DNA of 64,000 nt from Epiperipatus broadwayi (taxonomy: Eukaryota; Animalia; Onychophora): assembly GCA_028023455.1 (NCBI GenBank), contig JAQFVV010000001.1, positions 26,970,001 through 27,034,000 on the forward strand, written 5' to 3'. Position 1 is the first letter of the stretch. Each line of letters begins with the position of its first letter. The notes under the pieces were generated by a model that was given only the letters and a program-made list of their open reading frames with translations, searched no databases and was not told the DNA's origin. The translations under genes and the position numbers were made by a program. Shown here in pieces: positions 39,170-50,750 of this stretch.

Positions 39170-42100
39170 GCAGTCAGATGGAAGTTAATAGTGGGCCAGT
39201 TAACAGTTGTCAGTAAAATGAATTCATTCGGTTAAAATAGCATAATGGAATTTGAGATTAGTAACACAACTGAATGACCATTACATATAATGCAGATAAG
39301 GATTATTTTTATATTAAATGGTATTGAAGATAATAAATGGAAAATAGTGGTACTTATGTGTTTTGCTCGCAAAAAAATAATAGAGATCATAAGTAGATTA
39401 TTTGAGATATCCATAATAGAGAATGTAAAGTATGAGGAATTAATAAAGATATTAAGTGATCATTTTAGCCTTCATCCATCTTGTCACAGCTCACTTAACC
39501 TTGTAAAATAAAAAGCAGTTTAATGGCGGGTGTAAGGGAACTGGCAAAAGATGGTGGTAATGGGGGTTTTGTTGAGGAAATACTCATGGATCGCTTATTG
39601 TGGAGGATATCTGATAATAGGCTCAGACAACAATTAATAACAGAGCCTGATATCACCTATAAAATGGTCATTAAGAAAGGCATAGTGTGTGAATTAATTC
39701 TTGAACAAGCTCAGGTTTTTAGAACTAAAATGGATGGAAATGCTAAAACGGCATTGCTAAAGAAAGAAAAAGTGAGTACTAGATTGTTGAAAACTTATCA
39801 TAGCAGGAATTCTACACTAACATGTTTTTGATGTGGAATGAGGATTCACATGGCAAAATAACGCAGGTGGCTCAAAAAACATGTTTTAAATGGTAAAAAG
39901 ATCACTTGGTGCATATGTGTAACCAGGAAGGTAATAGTAAAAGCAAAAATAAATTATCAATACAAGAAAATAAGGAAAGTACTTGGTTAAAAACATGGAC
40001 ATCCAAGGTTTAAATCCATTTATGATTAAGTAAGCACTTTATAAAAAAGAATGTCAATGGAAATGGATAGTGGGTAAGGTATGTTCCTAATGTCACTAAC
40101 AGAGTGGATGTCACTGTCATCAGTGAACGCAGAAAGTGAATCAGAGAAAACTAACATTAGAGCACATGATGTAAATGGACATGCTCTAAGACTTATATAA
40201 CAGTGCCTATCAACCAATATGGGAAAAAAGTTTGTACCTCTGCTCTGTACATTGTAAAGGGAAAGATTAGCCCTATAGTCAAGAGGGAATAGTTATACAA
40301 ACTAGAAATACAAATCAATATTATAAAAAAAATTATCTTGAACAGGAAACAATGTAAAAATACCCAATTCTGTTTAATGAGGAGTTGGGATTAATTACTA
40401 TGACCTGAATGATATAGAGTTAGTGAGAAATATGTGACCAGACATGTGTAAATCTGGTAAAATCCCATTCACTCAAAAAGAAAAAGACACTAAAAAATTA
40501 AACTCTTTGGTCACTAAGGGTGTATTAACACCAATTAATTGAGCCATGTCTTTAGTAATAATAACTAAGCCAAATGGTGAAATTAGATTATGTGGCAATT
40601 ACAGACTAACTGTAAACAAATATCTAAACAAGGAAGCATACGCTGTTTCAAATGTGAGGAAAGTACTGGCCAGTCTTCAAAATGTTTCACATTTCATGAA
40701 AATGGATTTAAACTCTGCATTCCACCAGATATGGGTGATGGATAAATCAGCTGAACTATTAGACATGGCAATGCTGATGGGGTTATTTAAATGTAACTGT
40801 TTATCATTTGGCAAATCAACAGCCTCTAACATTTTCAGGCAAACATTAAAGCATTTCTATAGAATCTAGAAGGGGTTACCCCCTACTTTGATTATATACT
40901 TATCATGGAAAACTCAGAGGAGATGCTGTGGAAAGGTTGTTCACAGTATGTGAGAAATTAATTGGAGTGAAACTAAATGCCCAAACAAGCATATGACATG
41001 CAAAACGTGACAAAGCCTACAAATGTTAAACAATTACAGGCATATTTGGGATGATGCATTTTTGAGCTCTTTTTGATGAATAAAGCATATGTAGAAAAAT
41101 TATTGTCTGACTTATTAAGAAAAGATCAAAAGTGATAATGGTTAAAATTCATGATGAAGCATTCAGCAAACAAATTATTAGTATACTTTAATAGTAATTT
41201 GGAAGTACAGTTAGCTACTGATGCTTCAGAATGGGGTGTAGGGATGGTCCTCTCTTATTCATGTTACAAGGGGGATTCCCTATTGCCTACACATCACATA
41301 TACTCTCAAGAACAGAAAGAAACATACTTTCAAGAACAGAGAGAAACTACAGATAGATTGATAAAGAAGTTTTAGCTATTATTTTCTCTCTGAAAAAATT
41401 TCATCAATATATTTTCGGCAGACTATAAGCCACTACTAGGGATACTGGGCCATGATGAATTAGCCCTTGAACATTTAAGCCCACACATAATACATTGGAG
41501 AAATATTTTGTTATCTTATGACTACAAATTAGAATATAAGAAAAGCAAAGAGATCCCCCATGCTGACACAGACATAAATTATATTGTCATGTTGGAATCA
41601 GAATTATTTAATAGTAAAAGAGTAGCTAGTTGAACAAAAGTTGATGAAGAGTATTAACTGCTTATTGGATGGATTAAAGAGTGTCAACTGCTTATTGGCT
41701 GGATTAAAAATGTCTGGCCTGTCTCAAAGCCTCACTATGTTAACCCAGGATTTTGGATAAACTGTAACAAATTGTTTATTTGTAAAGGTTGTATTTAATG
41801 GGTGATCAAGTAGTAATACAAACTGAAAGGAGATGGCAAGTTTTAAAGCTACTCCATAAAGTCATCCTGGAATTGTATAGGCCAAGAAGCTGTCTGGTGG
41901 CCAAATATGCATTAGAGATCGAGCATTAACATTAAAAAATGCATGGCATGTCAACCAGAAATGAATATGAAAGCAAAAGCATAAACCCTAGAGTACACAG
42001 ATCCAATTAATGGAAAAATACTACTTATATTTATAGATACATACTCCAAATGGGTGAAGTGTTATATAGTAATGAATACAGTGCAAAAGAAACAATAGAA

Positions 42101-42820
42101 CCTTGTGTTTTCTTATCATGGTTTATCAGAAATCCTCATGTCCAATAATGACACTGGATTCACCACACAAGAAATGGAACACTATTTTGCTAATAATGTC
42201 ATTAAACATATATGTACACCCCCATATCACCCAGAGTCGAATGGCCTGGTGCCCTGAGGAAATTAAAAAATGAAACTATGCAGCAAGCAATATGTAATGC
42301 CATGGTAAATCAACATGCTACATTATTGATGGCTACAGGAAAACCACCAGCAAAATTGTTGATGGGAAGGAAATTGCAGATTAAGTTGTCCCTACTATTT
42401 CCAAATATGGCCGATAAAGTAGAAAGCAACGAAAGTGAAAATACATATGTAATAGGTAATAGAGTTTGGGTTTGGGGACATGATCAGGAAGAAATCAGGT
42501 TATGGGTTAATCACAAAATTGTTATAAAAATAGTAACCATACAAATATAGGATGGGATCACATACAGGAGACATGTAAATCATATCCACAGATGAATCAA
42601 GGAAGACTTTCAAATTTCTGTGCATACCAAAAGACAAGACGTAAGAAAAGCAAGAAATAACCCAACCAACACCACATGAAATAGTGATCAAAGATAAACA
42701 AAAATCAGAGACAAGTGATATTGAATCTGAGATTGAACATCAACAACTCAGAAACCAAGTGTAGTAACAACTAGGTCACCTAGACTCAGCCAACAGATAT
42801 GGATGCAGCTAAATTCAAAG
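39170..42820 (+). mobile_element. Gypsy/Ty3 LTR retrotransposon (Mag-like), decayed gag-pro-RT-RNaseH-IN
   Basis: gag MDRLLWRISDNRLRQQLITEPDIT; protease MEMDSG; RT KPNGEIRLCGNYRLTVN..KMDLNSAFHQI..LSFG; RNase H LATDASEWGVG; integrase IDTYSKW and PPYHPESNG. Domain order is Gypsy-type; LTR pair not resolved. Confidence 0.9.
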
Positions 42821-44143
42821 AATACATGTAAACCCAGGCAAATTATATATGTGTGCATGAATAAATACTAATATTTGCTTAAATATTATTTGATTGATTC
42901 TCTCTCTCTTGTCATTACATCACCATTGATTTGAAGATATAAATATTTATGTATGTTAAGTTAAATGTGTTGGACCCCCTGATTAAGAGTAGGAACTAGT
43001 TTGGGATATTTCAAGCACTGGATTGGTGTGCCTATCATTCAAATATGCCATCTAAATAACATGACTGGCATCTGAGTTTGATTCTCAAAACAAATAAAAT
43101 GCTTCACATGGCAGGTTTTTGTTCCAGCAACCGAGGTGGGCTATGGTCAGAAAATGTGGTCATAGTTATGCTTTGTTTAGCTTTGATCTGTTCTTGGGCA
43201 CTGTTGATGGTTAGGCTATCAATAGTATTCTCCCCTCTGCTTGAAGTGCCAGTCCATTCCCATAGTATTAAAGATATAAAATAATAACTACCAAGAAAGT
43301 TATGTATTAAGTGTGATAATAAGCTTATTAAAGCAAATGTTAAAACTTAGTTAAAGTCAAAAGATATAAAATGTGAGGTATTAAACTTTTAAAGTTTAGA
43401 TATTAAAGAATATTAAGTATAGCAAATAAATAATAAATAAATAAAGTTAATCATGATAAAATATGTATTAAAAATAGTCAATGAACAAGTAATTTTGGAG
43501 GGATACGGTACAATATAGAATTTAATTTTCCTAATTATTTATGCATAATCCATATTTCTATATTCCTTCTAAAATATCATTATATGTACATATACTTTAC
43601 TGCTGTCTTTTATATTACATTATACTTATTGTAACATTTTGTAATACGCAATTTTATTTCCCAATCTATAATCTAACAAGGATTTTTCACTAAGAAATTC
43701 TTTAATATAAATAATCTAGAAAACTTTTTTTTAATAACACTGGATCAAATTGTAATTCTGATACAAAAGTATTCGTCCTTCACACAAACACCATACTTTA
43801 ATATCATGTTAAATACTAGTAAACTCTTGATCCAAGACACAAGATAAAGACTTTTGAAAAGATAATAATGGCTGTCTTATCTTTTGTACCTACATTCATT
43901 TTACTTACATTTCTATTTTATTACATATTATCACTTGTGAAATCTTGAAATTTACTATGTGTTAATATTAGAAAATGTTATACTTTAATGTATATAATCT
44001 AGAAATTTTTTACTAGTGCAGTGTTTAGCTATCATTAGGTACAAAAGATATGATAGCTGTTTTTATCTTTTCAAAAGCCATGACTTGGTTCAAGAGTTTA
44101 CTAATATTTAACATTGCTAATTGAATATTAAAGTAAGACACTT

Positions 44144-44246
44144 TTTTTTTCGTGTGTCAAAACATCGGCCAGGAAGTGAACCCACAAATCCAGGACAACT
44201 GCTTGTAAGGCTGCTCTACTGACTTCTCGGCCACCAATGCTTGACA
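44144..44246 (-). mobile_element. tRNA-Gly-derived SINE, older copy, 14-bp TSD
   Basis: Homologous to the other copies with CpG decay. TSD AAAGTAAGACACTT at 44130-44143 and 44247-44260. Confidence 0.82.
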
Positions 44247-44970
44247 AAAGTAAGACACTTAAGTGAAGAAGGTGATTATCTTTGTATCAGAACTAAGTAA
44301 TACTTGTAATATTATTTTATATAAATAAGCTCACTTTTATTTAAAAAAAAGAGGATATAATTATAAAAACTGATTATTGTAAACAAAATAATATTTTGAA
44401 TATCAGAGATTAGTAAAATATTGAATAAATAGATAATAAAATCATTTGTGCTAGGCATAAAGTGATAAAAATGAGATATTCAATACATTATATTTTTTGT
44501 GAAAAAGTAATACTGAAATTATTAATAAACAAATTTATATACTTTTTCAAAAAAAAAAAATATAGATATTTTAGACTTACATGTAAATAACTTAAATATT
44601 TGCATATCTTATAAACCATTTATCAATCTGTACAAAATCAAACTGTTATACAATATGATTTTCAAGCATCACAATTTCTGCACTCACAACTTTGATACCA
44701 AACTTTTCAAATAAATGCACTAGTGATTATTAGAAATCATTTATTAAATTAGAGTTTATATATCTCTAGCCAAGATTTAACTTTTAATTAAAGATTAATA
44801 AATCTAGTTTTATATAAATACATGACATCTTCATCTTTTCTTTTTCATGTGTAATATCTTTTAAGATATACTTAAAGCTGCCATTCTATCTCATTTTTTT
44901 GAAACATACAAATAAAGGAATCTGAAAAAATCAAATAATATTTTTTTCTGTCAGATGTTTTTATTCATAC

Positions 44971-45545
44971 AAGATGTGATATGTTGGACTATTCCCATCA
45001 TTTATGAGTGAATGTTGAATGTATAGAAAATTTTAAACTTTATTTAAACTTTCTAAATACAAACAACTTGTTAGTAATAACACACAAATAGACAATACAG
45101 GTTAGTAATTACACAATGTTTCGAGTAGTATTATTCTCCACTCTTCTTCAGGTGTTGCTGGCCTATATGCACACTGACAATATTCACTTAGAAGTTGAAC
45201 TTGCACCTTTAGCCTTTGACAGAATAGCTCAGTTAGTAGAGTGTTTGCCTTAAATTTGATATTTAAGAATCTAAAGGTGTGAGTTCAACTTCTAAGTAAA
45301 TATTGTCACAGTGCATATAGGCCAGCAACACCCAAAGAAGAATGGAGAATAATACTGCTCGAAATGCTGGGTAATTACTAACCTGTATTGTCTATTTGTG
45401 TGTGATTACTAACAAGTTGTTTGTATTTGGAAAGTTTAAATAAAGTTTAAAATTTTCTATACATTTAACATTCACTCATAAATGGTGGAAATAGTCCAAC
45501 ATATCACATCTTATAATATACCATCATTATAAACTTTTAGACAAC
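44971..45545 (+). mobile_element. Family D: tRNA-headed, hammerhead-containing short retroelement inserted as an inverted repeat, 15-bp TSD
   Basis: TGTTTTTATTCATAC at 44956-44970 and 45546-45560. Arms 44971-45212 and 45271-45512. A-box-like ATAGCTCAGTTAGTAGAG in the spacer and B-box-like GAGTTCAACT at about 45281-45290. Hammerhead motif in both arms. Confidence 0.8.
45111..45155 (-). ncRNA. Minimal type I hammerhead ribozyme-like motif
   Basis: Minus strand reads ACAC CUGAAGA A GAGUGG-AGAAUAAUA-CUACUC GAAAC AUU GUGU: 4-bp stem I, intact core boxes, 6-bp stem II. The cleavage triplet appears mutated (CA here, TG in the other arm, implying ancestral CG). Confidence 0.7.
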
Positions 45546-48500
45546 TGTTTTTATTCATACATTTCAAAACTATCTGATGAAGTGAAGATTTTAATTATCT
45601 TAAAATCAAACTATTGAATCTTGAGTAATTTTCTTTTGTTTGTTTGTGTTTTGATTTTAAAGAATCCATTTCAATTTTTTACAATTTAAATTTTAAATTA
45701 TAATTGGATAGGTTTTTTTTAATAAGCAGACCCTTCCATTTTTCTAATTAAATACAAAATTAATATTGGTTATTTAATTTTTACATTTTAAATAAGCTAA
45801 CTGTCACAATCTATGTCTAAAATTTTGATAACTTGGACTTTTTTTCATTCTATAATTCAAATGGCATTCAAAACGATTTATTATGAATAGTTAGTTATTA
45901 ATCTATTTTTCATAGATAAAATTGTTAAATATAAAAGTGATTTTAAAGTTAATTTTTTTACTAGCCTCAAAGTAATCTTATTCATAAACATACAACATAT
46001 TAAAAAATATGAGTAAATGGAATATTACTCCCTTAAATCCCTTATTGAAGCTTCTAAATACAGACAAGTATTATGCATTGTTAAATGCTGGGTAACAAAT
46101 AAGCATCTTCTTTCATATGCAGACTTTTAAGCTATGTCTGCCTGATGTGTATTCAAAATGTAAGCTCTCTGAATACCAACAAATAAAACAATAAATAATA
46201 ATAGTGAAAAGTTATTGCTACACATACAACACATGTGGTTCACTTTTGGTTCATGTCCCACAATGCACTTCACAATTGGCTGTTTTCTAGACAGTTTCCT
46301 CCAAACTCGGTTTTCCAAACTCTTTGGCCCTATTCAGCTGCTTGCTGCTCATGAACACAATAGAAGACTGCATTATACCTTAAGCTTCTTTCAGCTACCA
46401 ACACTTAAATCTCTCTGCAATCATTTACTCTAATTCACTGGAAATAAAACAACACACTTTGTTGCTCAAACCATTTATAGTTCCCTCAGTTGGCCTCCAG
46501 CCCATCTAAGGCTCATCCTTGATGTTATCAGTCTTGATTTCTTCTTTGCATTTTTAATTAATATGGTATCAATAAATATTTGTAATTAGCAAATATTTCT
46601 TGGCATTTATCAATGCAATGTTCTTATTTCAAATCCTTATCAGTGATCTAAAATATATTTCTCTAATATATTTTCCTTAGTTTTTCTGAAGTACAAAACA
46701 TATACTTAAATTTCCATAAACATATTTATACAAAACACAACACAACCTATACAGAATAACTCTTAAATCAATGATTCAATTAATATATCTTTAGCAATGA
46801 GACAAGTTTTTTTAAAAAAAAACATGAACCCGAGTTTCTCATTCTAATACCTTACTATCTTTTCTTCTATTAAAACATGAGCTTGTGATAAAAGAAAAGT
46901 ATAATTTTAAAGCATATTGAGTAAAGAAAAAATACAAATTTAAATTCCTAATTTAAATCAACATTTAAGCTTTTAGCTTCAAATAGACTTTTTAAAAAAT
47001 ATGTTTTAAAAGAGGAAGAAATACAAAAAGGTCTTTTGAAGTATTCCATGAATGCTAAAAGAAAAATAACATAGAGCTTTCCAGAGATTATAAATAAATA
47101 TCAAAAATAAAACTTATGTTCTGATTAGAAGTTTTATTTACTATCTAATCAAATGCTAGAATAATCCTTTAAATTGCATGTCACCAATGGCTGCTGCTTC
47201 TAAGGCTTTCAATATTATTCCAATAACTTGCCATAGGTAATTCATACAAAGATCTACTTAAAACTTTATCATATCTATTTTATAGACCCATTGTGTATTC
47301 ACTAAAAAACAATGTCTTAACTAGAAGTTAATCTTGTTATATTATTTTCAAAAATAATATCCAAAGTATTGGGTGCTGAGGATTTTGGAAAAAAAAAAAA
47401 AAATAAGTTCAGTAAATTATTTGTAAATGTTTCTTATAATTTAATTTACTTTTCAATATTTATAAATTAAAGACACAATACATGATACACAACCAAATAT
47501 ATTATAAAATATTCTTCAAAAAATTGACATAACTAATATTTAGCTTCTTGTAAAAAAGTATTTATGTTTTTAATATTTATTCATTAGTAATCACTCATAA
47601 GTGAAGGTGAAATCATTTTACTCCAGAGAAGTAAAAAGAATATAAATAAAAATTAAATATGCATTTTGTGATGATTATATGAATTAATCTTTAAAGCACA
47701 AATACTTTCACATATGGCAAAAACTGAAACTATAGACTCTTCATTTGGCAGCTTGTGATGTAGTCTTTAATTAAAAATGTTTCAAGCATAGTGATTGATG
47801 ATGTAGGCATATCATTTCTGAAACATATTTTTTAGATTTTTCAATATTAGAGCACAGAAATCTCTAAATAGGGCTTCTAAAAATACAATCAATTGATTGA
47901 AACTCATTTCAATCCATTTAGGATGGTTATCATTATTGCCATATGCATAACCAAAATTAAAGAATTTTAGACAGATCTGCAAATATCTATTTTTCTGGAA
48001 TGCTTGCATACAAAAGAATTATTGAGCAAATTAAAGAATAAAGATGGGATTACATAAAAAATATAATATTATTATCTTAGTTTGTGCAGAGATATGAAGT
48101 AATATGAGAGGATCATAAGCATAAATACATTTTAAAGTAGAAAATAAAAAAGGTAAAAAAGTCAGAGGAAGGAGGCAGAAAAGTTTGTAACTAGCTAACA
48201 TTTTAAATTACAAGACAGCAGAAACATTCTTAACTAGATACCGTTTATTTTTTATTCACAGTTAATCTGAAACTCATTCCACTAGCCACCACATTCGAAA
48301 CTTATCAATAGTCTGAATTCAGTATAGAGATCTTTATAAATTTTAATTCTAACAAAACTTTAAGCTGTTGACTGAACTTATTTCTGAAATATCTGACCAC
48401 GAGTCCTGAAACATTATTTGATTTAGTCATATTATTAAATTAAATATAAAGACTGCCTACCATCAGATAAGTCTTTCTGTATTAACTTTGATGAAATGAT

Positions 48501-50519
48501 TGCACTAGTGATAGAAGAGAATTAAATATTTTCTAGATTGTATCTTTTATTTATTATTTTATGCAATATTGATTTATTTTAAATATTTTAATTTACAATT
48601 TAGTTTTTGAAATATGTGATTATAAATTCATAAATTTCCTACCTCTGGAGTTTTGTAAAATTTATAATGACAAATTTGAAAACTAAAAGCTTTTAGGCTG
48701 AAACTTAATCTATCACTTTAAGTACTAAAATATGAATAATAATTTTATCTTTTCTATACAATTTAATGAAGTAATAAACTGATAAGCTCAAGAACTAAGA
48801 GTATCTCAATAGAAGCTCAACATGCTATGTCACATGGCATTCTGATTAATTAACCATTTGATTATATACCAATCTGAAAATTTTGTTTCTCTTTCAGAGT
48901 CTGATTGAAATATTTTGAATTGTAATTGAAATGTTTCAAAAACCTTTTTTTAAAAATATAACTCATTTAAAGAATTGTGTCAGAAATCTTATTTTTGATT
49001 TTTATTGCAATGCTGTAAATTAAACATTTTCATCGATGATAATATATTTCTCATATGGGCATTTTAGCATAAAGATTATTTAAAGTAGTTAATACACATT
49101 AAGAAAAATAAATGAATGGAATACAATTTTTTATAAATAACTAACTGATAAATGGTTATCTTTTGCATTAAATCAAAGTGAACTTTGAGAATGTCAGAGT
49201 TCACTGTAAATTTATATTGCTGTAATAGAGAAACTACCAATTTGTAGAACTTTAGGTAGAAAAGCACATTTGAATGTATACTTCATTGCTTTAATGCTGC
49301 CTAATAAGCTAAAAGACAGTTTTTTAATATTAACAACATGTCATTTGGCATTATCTTTCTCATATATTTCAAAGAGCAGTTCTTTTTACTTTATTCTAGA
49401 GACATTTATTATAAACTTGAATAATAAATTATATATATTATAACAATTGACAGAACCTCCCAAACCTATCTGCCATACCAAGAACTAGGCTATTCGAATC
49501 TAGAAAATTTATAAAAGGTGGGAACCAGAAGCTTCAGTCACTAGCTATGGGAGAAGCTGAGCTTAAAATATCATTATTTAACATTTCTAATTCTTGATTT
49601 TAAAAAAATATTATTAATAAAAATATATGTAAATAAATTACTGCCAAAATATTATGCACACACACATTAATACAAACATCTAAGATTAAATTTACTATTA
49701 AATATATTTGATTTAAATTATATGCACAGATGGGTACATTAATAGATTTATTACAATTTTAATATTTGCTAAGTGTAAATATGCTACATAGATTATGCAT
49801 ATAACTAACCCAATCCTTATTAATTCTAGGCTAAAATCTTGCATTTAAACCAACACTAGCTTACTGATATACCAACTTGACCAATGCGAAATGAGATTAT
49901 TACCATAATACAATCATGCAGACAGAAATTTACATCTGGAACATGATAAAAAAATAATGAATCATGGTGGGAAGGAATGAGCATCTTCCCCATGATCATT
50001 ATAATTACGATAGAATGACAGCCTGTTAAGCTAATTGCGCAGACGCTGTGAGAATGTTATTAATAAATGAATACCTTCGAACAACCACATGATATAGTAT
50101 TTGTATAAGACACAGGCAAGAATGATTCACTGCCCAATTGGTGATACAAAAATGAAATTTATATAATATAAGTATAAGAGATGCTCTGTAAAAGGAGGAC
50201 AGTGGTCTTTTTTGGTTTACTGTCCCAACCAGAGCATAAAAAAATCAATGGTGTATGAAATATGGCTATGACCATTGACAAAGCAATGGCTCCACTTTTG
50301 GGCCATAAGTTTAGGTGGGTATTATGCCCTGTGTGCTAATGCACCATAAGAGAATGAGCATCCAATTTGTCTCCCAGATTACATTGACATAAAACATCTG
50401 TACATCTATCCACAAGCACCGACTTAACTACAAAACAATTAGACCAAAATTAACACACCAAAAACTAACATAACCTTGTAGTTCAAACCTAAATCGAAAA
50501 CTTTGTATATAAAAATATA

Positions 50520-50750
50520 TTGTAAAATAATATAGGCACTATTGCACCTGACCACAAAGTTACTTTTTACTTAAACAAAATAAAATTATATTACTCTGGC
50601 CGTGCTTTTAAGAGACATATAATTACTTCACTCAGAGCTATGAAGAGGAGAGCACGTCTCTTGAAAGCACTTCCAGAGTAATATAATTTTATTTTGTTTA
50701 AGTAAAAAGTAGCTTTGCAGTCAGGTACAATAGCACCTATATTATTTAAC
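50520..50750. repeat. Inverted-repeat element (about 85-90 bp arms)
   Basis: aaataatataggcactattgcacctgaccacaaagttactttttacttaaacaaaataaaattatattactctgg is mirrored on the right; inner gtgctttaagagac/gtctcttgaaagcac also pairs. Confidence 0.8.
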
